63,956 nucleotides of DNA, filler included, from Octopus bimaculoides (GCF_001194135.2; 6 parts of 6 records of this genome joined end to end with filler, not necessarily neighbours in it), one strand, 5' to 3'; positions 25,665 to 38,764 are shown, counted from the first letter of the whole stretch. Made by a program: numbers and translations. Notes: generated by a model from the sequence alone, not told the origin.

Positions 25665-25713
25665 GTCTCCGATGAAGGGAAGTACTGGATCTTCCCAGAA
25701 ACAGTTGTAAGAC
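25665..25713 (+). ncRNA. Type I hammerhead-ribozyme-like motif with core substitutions (intron 4, sense strand)
   Basis: GTCT | CCGATGA | A | GGGAAG-tactggat-CTTCCC | A | GAAAC-agtt-GTA | AGAC. Stems I, II and III can all form; U4 is C and position 11.1 is A. Confidence 0.6.
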
Positions 25714-26796
25714 TCTATCCATAAAATTCTTCAATCTTACCTTTGCTCTCTTTATCTTTTTGTTTTTATATATTTACATATACACACGCTAATACACGAC
25801 TTATAATACCCAATCCTGTTCATACAACGATTGGGGCAAACTAATCGGTATACAGCACTTACTCGGTATTACCTGTATCCTCCGGGGTTTGGTTAAATCC
25901 AATACCCTCCTCAACTTTATATATATATAACGTTTCTTGGTTCTGTTGGCTGCTTGAAAAGGGTTCTGCTGTTCTCTGTAGAATATCTGGACCAGATCTG
26001 ACCGATTTAAATGCGAAAGAGTTAAAACATAAAAGTTTATTCTTTGCTGCCATTAGTATGTCCAGAGCAGTGGGATGGCAGAATTCAGAGAATGACAGTG
26101 CTGTGCAGTTTTTAAGGCTTATCAACCTTTCATCTATTCTGAAATTATTCATAAAATAAGTACCAGCAATATACTGAAGTTGAATCAGTCGATTGCACCT
26201 TACCGTTAGGAATTTTCTTAGCTAGACACTCTAATATTAGAAATCATGAAAATGTTGAACAGTTGAAGATTTAATAGCTTCAAGAGTTTGATTTGTTGGT
26301 GTTTTTCTTTACTTCACTTTATTTTTATTTTTTTCTTGTTTGTTTGTTTGTTTGTTTTGAAGTGGTTGATCATAAATACCTTTCTAAAGAGTACTTGTGC
26401 TGCCATCTCCTACAACGCTGCCCAGTCAAGAGATCTTATTACTATTATTATTATTATTATTTTTCTTCTTTCAGCTATGTTTCCATTTCTTGCTGGGTGT
26501 CTTCCCAACACCTAGGGCAAAGAATCATTATCATTATTAATGTATTGTAATCCTTTACCTTTATAAAATGCTTTGTTTGCTTTACTCTTGTCACCTTTAA
26601 TTACCGCAGCATTTATGTCAAATTTTTTTTAATTTTGTTCTTTAATTAATTTAATCATTATTAACTTATGTTATAATTTTATTAGTCACTTACTTCACAT
26701 ATTTGTTTTGTTCTGTCTGGATTTTAAAGTGAACTTATATATAATTGTTATCTATTGTACAAACTTCTTATCATTCATCTTTCTCTTACCCTCTAG

Positions 26797-27154
26797 CCCT
26801 GCCGATAAACCCTGGTATGTTGACTGCCCACTACCATCATCGACCTCCTTTCTCTGGCAGCCAATCGACTGGTCGTTATTTTAGTACATCTTCAAAAGAC
26901 TCAGTGACAGCCACCAAGGAATATAGTTATGTTGTTGTTGGGGCCGGGTCTGCAGGGTGTGTCCTCAGTAATCGCCTTACAGAAGATGTTGACAATACTG
27001 TACTTCTATTGGAAGCTGGTCCAAAGGACTATTCTTGGAAGATCCACATGCCTGCAGCTCTGATGTACAACCTATGTGATGACAAATATAATTGGTACTA
27101 CATGACAGAACCGGAGAGAGGCATGGACAACCGAGTAATGTATTGGCCAAGGGG
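26797..27154 (+). CDS. CHDH: Coding exon 5 (cut by gap): N-terminal FAD-binding part of choline dehydrogenase (GMC oxidoreductase)
   Basis: Polypyrimidine acceptor ctttctcttaccctctag|CC, phase 1. Encodes [23 protein letters not shown]...[48 protein letters not shown], which closely matches animal CHDH as I recall it. Rossmann GxGxxG at 26940-26957. Runs into N at 27155. Confidence 0.95.
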
Positions 27155-27254
27155 NNNNNNNNNNNNNNNNNNNNNNNNNNNNNNNNNNNNNNNNNNNNTT
27201 AATTAATTAANNNNNNNNNNNNNNNNNNNNNNNNNNNNNNNNNNNNNNNNNNNN
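27155..27254. other. Artificial scaffold spacer (44 N + TTAATTAATTAA + 44 N)
   Basis: Exactly 100 bp with a six-frame-stop 12-mer at 27199-27210; the same structure occurs five times. Confidence 0.95.
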
Positions 27255-27319
<65 letters not shown>

Positions 27320-27479
27320 TCTCCGTATGTGCTTTGTGTATATGCGTTTGTGTGTGTGTGAGAGTGTCTGTATTTGTATGCGTGTCTTTGAACACATGCA
27401 GGCGTGTGTATAAATTTAAATGAGCACATATATCCAGATGCTTGCACATAAACATATATCTATAGTGAGAATTTACAAA

Positions 27480-28600
27480 CAAAAGACGAAGACGGGTTTG
27501 TAAACAACAAACAGATGTATTAGTTTAACGCTCGAGAAGTGTAAAAGTCTTTAACGTTTCGATAATGCGCTCTTCGACAGAAAGGAACACAAAAATAAAC
27601 AGGGAGAGAAAATAGAAAAAGGTTTAGTGGCTGGCGATCTATCATGGCGAATGCCGGACAGAGGGTCACACAGGAGAGCTAGGAAGAAGGGGAGATAATA
27701 AAGTAGTGGTGATTCCAAAACGAAGGTGCGCGTGCGTGTGTATGTTAGATCATCTATGTGCGTGTGGAAGGGGGCTGGTGACATCGAAGTGTGCGTGTGT
27801 GCATATGTAGGATCTGGGAAGTGGTCAGTTCTAGTGTTGCGCTGGTGTGGGTCCTGGGAAGTGGTCAGTGCTAGTGTGTGTGGGGTGGTGTGATGTAGTG
27901 TGGTATGGTGGTGTGTGGGGTGGTGTGATGTAGTGTGGTATGGTGGTGTGTGGTATGGTGGTGTGTGGTATGGTGGTGTGGTGTGTGGTGTGGTGTGTGG
28001 TGTGGTGTGGTGGTGNNNNNNNNNNNNNNNNNNNNNNNNNNNNNNNNNNNNNNNNNNNNNNNNNNNNNNNNNNNNNNNNNNNNNNNNNNNNNNNNNNNNN
28101 NNNNNNNNNNNNNNNNNNNNNNNNNNNNNNNNNNNNNNNNNNNNNNNNNNNNNNNNNNNNNNNNNNNNNNNNNNNNNNNNNNNNNNNNNNNNNNNNNNNN
28201 NNNNNNNNNNNNNNNNNNNNNNNNNNNNNNNNNNNNNNNNNNNNNNNNNNNNNNNNNNNNNNNNNNNNNNNNNNNNNNNNNNNNNNNNNNNNNNNNNNNN
28301 NNNNNNNNNNNNNNNNNNNNTTGTAAAGAGTGACTGGTAGAGCGGAAATGGCGCGAGACCGGGGTGTCGTTGCTGAGTCGAATGTCTCGGAGGTGCTCCG
28401 CGCACCGGTTGGGCAAGCGGCGTCCCGTTTGACGGATGTATAGAGAAGGACAGAGAGAGCAGAAGATACAGTAGACGACGTTGCTAGAAGTGCAAGTGAA
28501 GGAGTCAGTGATATGATAGGGTCGATAATGGGTGCCTGTGAGGATGGTGTGTTGGAGAGGTAAGGGCAAGTGCGGCAGCGTGGGCGGTGTCAGGAATACC
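27480..28600 (-). mobile_element. Penelope-like retroelement 3' part (GIY-YIG with Cys/His linker, Neptune/Poseidon-like)
   Basis: 28321-28600 minus translates as HRPRCRTCPYLSNT...DSFTCTSSNVVYCIFCSLCPSLYIRQTGRRL.NR.AEHLRDI...PVSRHF. The 3' UTR carries a hammerhead-like motif. Interrupted by (CACCA)n-like repeats and a gap. Confidence 0.85.
27549..27584 (-). ncRNA. Degenerate minimal hammerhead motif in the Penelope-like terminal repeat
   Basis: Minus strand: CTTT | CTGTCGA | A | GAGCgcattATC | GAAAC-GTT | AAAG, with a palindromic ACGT stem III. Confidence 0.45.
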
Positions 28601-28679
28601 TACAGTCTTTCGCGCCCAAGTAGAAGATCCAAAAAGTCCAGGGATCTTTTATAGAAGAGAATAGGAGACACTGGGGAAA

Positions 28680-29400
28680 GCCTAGGTGTGGTCTATAAAA
28701 ATTGTCATGGGTGTCTGCTTCTCTTCAGTGAGTTCTTAGAGGTTTTCATAGTTGTCATCGAACTAATCTTGATGTCTTCTTGCTTGTATGGTGACCATCT
28801 TTTCACAAGTTGAAGTGATAGCATTAATCAACATGCACAAGTGCTCTACGTCTATAGATGAGTAAACGCTGGTATGTTTTGCTCAGTTCCCCATAAATAC
28901 TTTAACCACTTTTATGTGTGGTTTCGGGCTTGTTGTATCAGAAGTTTTGTTTGTTAATTTCTTCCATGACTTTTAGAAAGAATGCATTCCAATCACAATT
29001 TTGCATCAAAGACGGTGGTCAGTTGTGTACGGGGCACATCTTTACCTCATCGAGACCTAACAATAGTAAGTTGATCAAGTTCGAATGTTTAGGCCACAGT
29101 TGTTGTCAAGAATATGATAACAAGGTCGTAGTTCTCGTTACAGCCGATAAGCGAATAACATTTTTCTGATCGCACTCATGCGTTAAAGCACCCGAGGATG
29201 ACAATCTTGTCTTCCTTTAGAATATTGGAAAGGCTGGAATTCATTTGAGCATAGGACATTTCCTTCAAGAAATTGTTAGAGTGTATCTGCAAATGAGAGT
29301 TGCAGGCTCGTTTTTGATACGATGAAATATCAAGACAAGCAATAATTCGTTGATATCAATAGGGTGGTTAGCTATCATGAGGCTTTCTTTTAGCAAGTTC
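28680..29400 (-). mobile_element. Decayed RTE (BovB-like) LINE, endonuclease and linker region
   Basis: Minus-strand fragments EDKIVILGCFNA (GDFNA motif), TDHRL, and ARRHQD*FDDN (RHQDWFD motif), with many stops and frameshifts. Confidence 0.7.
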
Positions 29401-31239
29401 CACACAGTTTCATATAACGATAGATATATGTTTCTTTATCTATACTTACACATGTACATATTCTTTCGTCCTTTTGTTCTTTTACTCCTTTCAGTCATTA
29501 GACTGTTGTTACGTTGGGGCTCTGTTCAAGAGTTTTAATCAACTGCATTGTACTCAGCTCTTCTTTCTATTTCATACATAATTATAGTGACCTCTATTTG
29601 TTGCTCTACTAAGTTATGGAACATAGAGGGATAGGGCATGAACAACCTGAACGTAAACAGAATCATAGCAAAAACGCATATAACACACACGCGCACACAC
29701 AACATATATATAGCAGGCATATGTATGTATGTATGTATGTATGTATCTATGTATGTATTATGTATGCAGATTTACATGTGAAAGTTGCATGAAGTCAGTC
29801 AACTCGAAGGAATAAAGCCCATTGTGGCAGCGTTAGAAATTTGATTCTGTGCTTTGTCAAAATGAATTACTTTCCAAGAAAATCAGATCTGAAGTACTGT
29901 AATAGCATGTCCAGAGTTTTACACTATTGTCATTAAATCTACCCATAATCTCACATTCATATTATCAAATTGTGTTCTACTATGCACTGGCATAGGTATC
30001 GTGTACATCTTCGTTTCAATTGGCAGCCTATAAGAAGTAATTAAATAATCTGCAAATAATTTTATGTTGGTTTGTTTTACAGTACAATTTCCCAATACAA
30101 TAAGGAGCGTTAAGGAAAAATTTCAGTTGAAAATCGAAACCGAAATTTCTTTAAAGTTCCTTGAGAATTTGCAGTCGCAGTAACGTGTTTGCTGCTAAGC
30201 GAAGACGACGTCCAAAGAGGTATCTATGTCTAATGGCACAATATATTTTTTATAGACGGAGTATTAATGAAACACGACAGTGCTGTATCTGTGACATTCA
30301 TTCTCTTCACAGCGAGAGTTTTGGCACTTGTAAAATATAATAACTTCTGATAGTGGAATTGAAACCATGTCGTTGATATAGCTCGTCCTTCGGTTCCCGC
30401 TGAACAGTATGGGCATGTATAAAATTATGACATAGCAACGTTCCTCATTATTCAACTGTAATTGTATATCTCTTTTCTGTTGTTAACGAGAAACTCTCTG
30501 CAAACCTTTCCATTACGAACGTGAAATGGAATGTACGAGGCAAAATGAGGTGTCTTAATTAATTAAACATCCCTTACAGAGCCAATTAACGAAAGAAATG
30601 AAAATTAAGCGGACTGAAGCCAAGCTGGCGCCTAAAATGGACGATGATTTCGGATAGTAATTTCAATCTTTTTTTTTTAAGCCGGGTCCCTAATTGTCTT
30701 ACCAGTCTTACTTGGTGATATCCTGCACATAATTATGGTATCAGTGATTTCACTCAAAAATTTAAATATTGCTGAAATCTGAAGAAAATCTTGCGAATCC
30801 TTAAAGAGGTTTACTTTAATATGTCCACGTTTAATGTTCAGCATAAATCGGTTTAGAACAAACTAGAATTAATAGAAATTGATATCTTTTTGTCAATATG
30901 CAAAATATGTTAGTTTCAGAATATTAGATTCTAGCATAAATTCTCATGCATCGATCCAATTATTACGAATTGCAGGTTGCCTTAGTGTCTGCAATAATTA
31001 ATTTGAAATAGTTAGAGATAGAATTTCATACCGGAATTGATTCTTGAGTAATAGTAAAAATAGTTTCTTTCAGCATGAGAAATATTTTTTTCTCTTTCTT
31101 CAATTAAACATCTTTAATTTATAATCTTAAATATAACGCTAGATATAATCATCATCGAGTTGTGTTGGTTAAGATTCGCATGGCCCCAATCCTCCACCCG
31201 CTTCTGGCTTCCATGGTATAGAATATTTCCTTTCGGTAA

Positions 31240-31450
31240 TATTGGTTTCAGATTATGGCACAAGGTCGACAAATTCGGGGGAGGGGTTAAATCGATTACA
31301 TCGACTCCTGTAGATCAACTGGTACTTATTTTATCGACTCAGTAGGATGAAAGGCAAGGTCGACTGCGGTGGAATTTGAATTCAGCACATAATGACAGAC
31401 GAAATGCTGTAAAGCATTTTGCTTGGCGTAAGCGACTGCAACCATATCAA
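31240..31450 (-). mobile_element. SINE family C
   Basis: ggtacttattttatcgac..aggatgaaaggcaaggtcgac..cggtggaatttgaa.tcag. Confidence 0.75.
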
Positions 31451-31837
31451 GGAGCTTAAAGCTGAGTACCAGTAACCAGCTGCTCTTTACATCTGTAGCA
31501 TCTTCCATTAAAGTGTATCTTTCTATGGTAGGATGTTTTTTACAGGGCATTTTCCAAATAGTTTGAACCGTGTCCATGTGGGTTCCTGCTAACACACACA
31601 CACACACACAAAGAGAAAGGAAGATACATATCTAATATATGATTGTGCCTATATATATATATGTAAATATGTGCATGTGTATATATATGTATATGTGTGT
31701 CTGTGTGTGAGTGGAGTGTGGTGTGTGTGTGTATGTGTATGTGATTGTAAGTTATTAAACTGACGATTTTAATATTTACACATATATGCAAACATACATG
31801 TACATTCATATATATATATATTATATATATATATATA

Positions 31838-32110
31838 CAAGGGTGAGTCAAAAAGTAATGCCATTTTGTTTAGGTATAATTACCAACACAAAAACATGTA
31901 TCATACATCAAAATGAAGTTGGTCCTCTGTGGATCACATCCCTACTTCTCAACATAGTCACTGTTTATTTACTTTTATTTGACAATTTTATGCAGCATAT
32001 TATTATGGTCTTTATGACCTACACGTGTTTCCTCTGCACAGATTACGGGCAGTTACAGATGCGACCTGGCATGATTTTCAGTGCAGCTTCATCAAGGTCT
32101 ACCCACTTGG
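31838..32110 (+). mobile_element. Mariner-like 5' end fragment inserted at TA
   Basis: TA|CAAGGGTGAGTCAAAAAGTAATGCC is a typical mariner TIR start, lying in a (TA)n tract. Confidence 0.6.
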
Positions 32111-32176
32111 CTAGTTTCGAAGCGTACTAAGTGGAGTTAGTTGGGGTTCGGGGGTGGTGGTGGTGGTAGCTAGGGT

Positions 32177-32235
<59 letters not shown>

Positions 32236-32352
32236 ATAGAGAGAGAGAGAGAGAGAAAGAGGGAGAAAGAGAGAGAGAGAGAGAGAGAGAGATTAATGGA
32301 NNNNNNNNNNTGGCCGCATAGTTAAATATGCAACTGATTGGATGGATGGATG

Positions 32353-32383
<31 letters not shown>

Positions 32384-33879
32384 GAGAATATTGAAATTTC
32401 CATCTCGAAATTTCATATTGGTGAGAAAAACTTTGTGAGTTGATTCATGCTCCTGCAAGAGATAATGGAACTCAACGGTTCCTGACATATTCCAGAGTCT
32501 CAGAAGCAGTATTAAAAAAAAAAAAATAAATAAAAAAAACGAGAAATAAACTTGACACCAACCTCCTGTACAAATAGCACTTACATATAACAGACTCCTC
32601 ACTTCTAATTAAAAGTAAACTGACATTTAATAGACAATTATCTGATTTCAATTATATATTACCGTTATACAAGTAGTACTTTAATTAGGTTTTGTTTTAA
32701 TAGTTATTTACATTAAACTATTTACTGGCAGTTTCTTTAGCTATACAGCTAGAGGTAATTTAATTTCGTAACGATGAAATCAATCCAGCAACTACATCAT
32801 TTCCAATCTACTCTAAAGAGAACAAAATGTGGTTCCTCTGCCTATCTTTTAAACACTTTTCAACTATTCAAAACATCTAATAGTGTTGGATGCTTAATAC
32901 GTTGCTAGATGTATTCGAGGGTCCCCCGCTCCCATTTCCTCCTTCTTTATTACTGACTCGTAATTAAAATACACAAGTGATCTAACTACACCATTTGTAA
33001 TCTTGAGAGTAGATAATCTCTACATATAATTTAGACTGAGCACTAACTTTTTGAAGTTATCTTGCCCAATCGACAAAGGAATTAATTACTACAAATCTAC
33101 AAAGAAATCGAAGGCAAAATTCGTTCGTTACAAATACAAAGGACGGTACGTATTTAATATGTGTGTGCCTATATATATATNNNNNNNNNNNNNNNNNNNN
33201 NNNNNNNNNNNNNNNNNNNNNNNNNNNNNNNNNNNNNNNNNNNNNNNNNNNNNNNNNNNNNNNNNNNNNNNNNNNNNNNNNNNNNNNNNNNNNNNNNNNN
33301 NNNNNNNNNNNNNNNNNNNNNNNNNNNNNNNNNNNNNNNNNNNNNNNNNNNNNNNNNNNNNNNNNNNNNNNNNNNNNNNNNNNNNNNNNNNNNNNNNNNN
33401 NNNNNNNNNNNNNNNNNNNNNNNNNNNNNNNNNNNNNNNNNNNNNNNNNNNNNNNNNNNNNNNNNNNNNNNNNNNNNNNNNNNNNNNNNNNNNNNNNNNN
33501 NNNNNNNNNNNNNNNNNNNNNNNNNNNNNNNNNNNNNNNNNNNNNNNNNNNNNNNNNNNNNNNNNNNNNNNNNNNNNNNNNNNNNNNNNNNNNNNNNTAT
33601 ATATTTATACATGTATGTATGTATCTATGTATGTATATATGTATGTTTGTATATATTTGTATATATATATATGCATATATTATTGACGTCATAAGAATTT
33701 AGAAACGAGATGAACGTGAAATAATACATTTGTGGAACATTGAACCTCGAAGCATATAATGCTTACTGCGTTCGACATTTTATTATCCAAGGAGTTTTTA
33801 ACTCAATATTTGCATGCTATTATTTCTAGCTTTATATGTTTCGAGTTTCCATGTTCCAAAAAGTAATTTACATACATAC

Positions 33880-34100
33880 ATACTGCCTCATCTTCGAAAT
33901 GCCTAGTTTAGAATAGAGGCAGCTGATGAAAGAAAAGTTTTCCTATGTGTTTATTCTGTTGTCTGTAAAAAAAAAGTCTGTTTTTTTGTGCTTTATGTTC
34001 CCGTTACTTTTTTGACGTCCTATACCCGGATATGCATCTATATATACATTTAGATGTAGGTATGTACATATATGTATGTATACATCCATATGCTCATATA
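33880..34100 (+). repeat. Dispersed repeat (second copy at about 35580-35790) with partial hammerhead-like halves
   Basis: Shared agaatagaggcagCTGAnGAA...ttttcctatgtgtt...gatatgcatctatata.acat.tagatgta, preceded by cGAAA. Confidence 0.6.
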
Positions 34101-34107
34101 TCATCTG

Positions 34108-34164
<57 letters not shown>

Positions 34165-35498
34165 TGTATGTATATATATATATATGACGACGAAGTATGA
34201 GTGTTCAGCTTTAACCGAACGACCTGGACAAATGATTTATTTACAGAGATGAAATTTATATGCCCCCTCCGTTAGCTCACTCTCTCCACCCAATTGGCGT
34301 TGCCTGAACAGGTGCATAGTGTACAACGCGTCAAGTGGGAAAGTGATCGCAGAGCAACGTGAGATGAAGTGTTTTGCTCAAGAACACAACGCACTACCCA
34401 GCCTAGGAATTGGAACTACGATCGGGAGATTATGAGTGCAACACCATAACCACTGGCTCTCATAAGCGTCAAACTAATACACCTGCTTGTTGTTCATACA
34501 CCTGTCTTCGTCTTTTGTTTTTCTGTAAATTTCAACTATGTATATATATGCGTGCGTATGTGTATGTATGTATGTATGTATGTATGTATGTACACACAGA
34601 AACACGTATGTATATACACATGAAGAAAAAAAAGGAAATAACTATTTATTTATGTATTAGTACACACAGTTTCCTCTATTGATACCAGTTATTAACAGGG
34701 AAATAGCCATGCCTTTAGAACATGAAACGGGGACTAGAAATTGGAATTAATAATTATGAAATGATGGAGGAAAATATGTATAGAATTCACATTTTTTTAT
34801 AGTTTACTTTCATTCTATATACTTATCATTTATGCATTGTACTTTCTACGATTATTCCTCCAGTTATATCTTTTTAGACGCGTCTATATTTCTTCATATA
34901 TTTTCTCCATTTTCCTTTTGTTGGATCTGTGTATGCTATGCACGAAAATGCATGGCGTTCCACATATTCATATATATATATATATATTTGTATACGTGTT
35001 TGTATAGATCTATGTCTTCTTATGTGTAGGCACAACTATACAATGTTCAAGTACGCGTGCATTTGTACATGTGCAAATATTTTGTGTGAGTCGCCTCAGC
35101 CTCAATTTGTTTATTCCCGCATTTATTCGCATTTGTATATGGACATTAGCACGTGCTTTATTCATATGGATATATACACAAATGTATGTTTGCGATGAAT
35201 GGATTTGCACGCATGTAGAGATGTATCTAAGTGTATTAATTATGCGTGTATGTTTGTACGTGTGTGTGTGTGTGTGTCTTTGGGTCTGTTTGTCCCCCAT
35301 CACCGCTTGACAACCGGAGTTGGTGTGTTAACATCTCCATACTCTAGCAGTTCGGCAATAGAGAATGATAAAATAACTACCAGGCTTCAAGAAAAAATTA
35401 AGTACTGGGGTCGATTCATTCGACTAAAAATTATTCAAGGAGGTATCCCAGCATGGGCGCAGTTTAATTACTGAAACAAATAAAAGATAAAAGTTACA

Positions 35499-35542
<44 letters not shown>

Positions 35543-36764
35543 CACGCATACATATATATACATAATACATATATACGTACATACACGAAACGTCTAGTTA
35601 GAATAGAGGCAGCTGACGAAGGATTAATTCCAAGTGGCTATCTGTTTTCCTATGTGTTCGTTCCGTTGTCTGTAGTTCATTGTTCTAACGTCCTGTACCC
35701 TGATATGCATCTATATACACATGTAGATGTAAGTATGTACATATATGTGTGTATACATGCATATATATTCTTTGTATATATATATACATATATATATACA
35801 AAACTCATATCGATAGGCATGTGTATGTGCTTGCTCAAAAAGTAAGAACGTACGAAATGCCGCTAAGCATTTTTCTCCCGGTGTGTTAAAGATTCTGCCA
35901 TATGCATGCATACATACATATATATAAATATATATACATGTAGAGATGTATACTCACACAAACACACACACTCACACACACACACTCACACACACACACG
36001 CACACACATATTGCTGTCTATGACTACATAGTTTCTTCTCACACGCATTATTCCTCTTTATCTTTTACTTTTTTTATCGTCCGAGTAAGCTAATTGTGAA
36101 AATTTTCTAATATAACGTGATGTATTTACAAAGTTTTCTAGGAGACGTTTCTGTATTTTAACTACATATACAACAAGTGCTGTGTAATTTTTGTTCCAGG
36201 TCTAGGCCCTTGAGTTCATTTATGCACCTCCAAAACCAAGATTCTGTGTGTGCGTGTGTGTTTGTGTGTGTGCGTGTGTGTGTGCGCGTGCGCGCGTATT
36301 TACAGCTATCTCATCAACGATTTTAGATTCTCTTGATCTCATCATGAGTATAAAATAACTCGGACGTGTTGCTACATTTTTATTCTGCTCAGAACCCATG
36401 TAATTGATGTATATATAACCGTTCGAATTTTATATTATCGATTAGTTATTTATTTTTCTTCGTGGCCTGCGTTTATATGTTTATTTTAGCATTTTATTGT
36501 GCTATTAGCATTCTGTCAATAATTATCTTCTTTTGTAGAGTATCGGTGGAACATAGATATGCTGTCCACATTCTTGGTTGACGGAACGCAATATTGAATA
36601 AGGTTTCAGTTGTTTCTGACACTAGACAATGTTAATCAATGTCTACGTTCAAATGGACATTTTGCAAACTTCTATGGTTTCTTCCAAGATGTTTAATCTT
36701 CAGATGACAGTATACTGTATCTCTCTGTTGTGCAGTGTGACATAATCTTGTCCACAAGCGCAGG

Positions 36765-37685
36765 CTTCCCAACCACATGTTTCCGGGTTCAGTCCCACTG
36801 CGTGACACCTTGGTCACGTCCCTTTTACTATAGCTCCACGCCAACCAAAGCCTTATGAGTGGATTCAGAAGATGGAAACTGAAAGAAGCCCGTTGTATAT
36901 ATATATATATATATNNNNNNNNNNNNNNNNNNNNNNNNNNNNNNNNNNNNNNNNNNNNNNNNNNNNNNNNNNNNNNNNNNNNNNNNNNNNNNNNNNNNNN
37001 NNNNNNNNNNNNNNNNNNNNNNNNNNNNNNNNNNNNNNNNNNNNNNNNNNNNNNNNNNNNNNNNNNNNNNNNNNNNNNNNNNNNNNNNNNNNNNNNNNNN
37101 NNNNNNNNNNNNNNNNNNNNNNNNNNNNNNNNNNNNNNNNNNNNNNNNNNNNNNNNNNNNNNNNNNNNNNNNNNNNNNNNNNNNNNNNNNNNNNNNNNNN
37201 NNNNNNNNNNNNNNNNNNNNNNNNNNNNNNNNNNNNNNNNNNNNNNNNNNNNNNNNNNNNNNNNNNNNNNNNNNNNNNNNNNNNNNNNNNNNNNNNNNNN
37301 NNNNNNNNNNNNNNNNNNNNNNNNNNNNNNNNNNNNNNNNNNNNNNNNNNNNNNNNNNNNNNNNNNNNNNNNNNNNNNNNNNNNNNNNNNNNNNNNNNNN
37401 NNNNNNNNNNNNNNNNNNNNNNNNNNNNNNNNNNNNNNNNNNNNNNNNNNNNNNNNNNNNNNNNNNNNNNNNNNNNNNNNNNNNNNNNNNNNNNNNNNNN
37501 NNNNNNNNNNNNNNNNNNNNNNNNNNNNNNNNNNNNNNNNNNNNNNNNNNNNNATAAGCATTTACAATAAGTATTTACAAAATAAATACTAGGGTTGTTA
37601 GATTCCAAAAAATTTTTCGAGGCAGTGCTCCCGCATGGCCGCATCATATGACTGAAACAAGTAAAAGATATAAAAGATAAAAGAA
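36765..37685 (+). mobile_element. SINE family A spanning a gap
   Basis: Head and body at 36765-36896, (TA)n, N-gap, tail ...ggcagtgctcccgcatggccgc...tgactgaaacaagtaaaaga. Confidence 0.7.
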
Positions 37686-38733
37686 TTGTTTAATGGTGGT
37701 GGTAAGAATTAGAGCTAGAGCTGTTTTGCATGTGTTTGTGTGTGTGTGTGTGTGTGTTTAAATGCATGTATAAAAGCTGCCGAAGGTTGAATAGCGTCTC
37801 CTGTTTCTTTATGTCACTACACTCTACCCTTCCCTTTACGTTCCCAATTTCTGCCATTCACGGCGTTACCCTGTTGTCTCTCTGTAGTTGAACTCTGTAG
37901 AGTCAATGCCCATCCAACAGATTAGAGTGTGAGATCCCTTAGCATGTTTTTAGACAACTTTCCAGGTGAAAGAAAACATTTCATGTAACAATTTCCACAT
38001 CGTTTGCATCTTATGATGTAAGCTACGTCTTCTTTTGGAGCAAATGCATACTTTATTTACAGAATGAGATTTGCCATATGCAAGGCTTTTCGTCGCTTCT
38101 ACAATCTTCAGGCACAGTCATTTCTTGATCTTGAACATCGCTTTTATGCGTTACATACTACGAATGGCTGTAGTCGGAAAAGACAAAACACAGAATGAAA
38201 AATTCCATGATGATATAAAGGCACGTGTTAGTATCAGTGGTTACTCTGTGCACACCGGCTACAAGAAACTCTAATCCTTGCTTTTTCCATGCGAAAGATT
38301 TTAGGCGCCTGGTATGACTGAAAATCTACATCCATGCTGCTTTATGAGAAAAATCATCCGATCGTATCGCTCAAAATCGAGATGCACCAATCATGAATAT
38401 ATACGTATGTATGATTGTATGTATGTTATCAATCAGTTTCATTTCTGTATTTCTTGTCCATAGAGAAAGAGCCGAACTCTAACATAGATTCAAGGCTCCT
38501 TCATTGGAACTTTTATCAACATCATCTAGGTATTTGTGCATATGTGTGTGTGTGTGCAGTATTTGGTGTTAGTGTATGCGCAGATTTGTATGTTTGTTTT
38601 ATGGATGAGTTTTTATGTATATATTTTCATTCTAGATGCATGCCTATGTATTTATGTGCTAAATTTTTGAAATGTTTTACATATCTTTGTATATATGTAT
38701 GCATGTATGTATGTATGTATGTATGTTTGTTTG

Positions 38734-38764
<31 letters not shown>

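Noticed and set aside
25982-26160. Open frame in intron 4 (ISGPDLTDLNAKELKHKSLFFAAISMSRAVGW...) as an extra exon
   Set aside because: Entry phase 2 does not match the phase 1 donor of exon 4, and it ends in a stop; its faint resemblance to tyrosine recombinase is too weak to call.
30555-30566. TTAATTAATTAA as a sixth spacer
   Set aside because: Not flanked by N; a natural AT-rich match.
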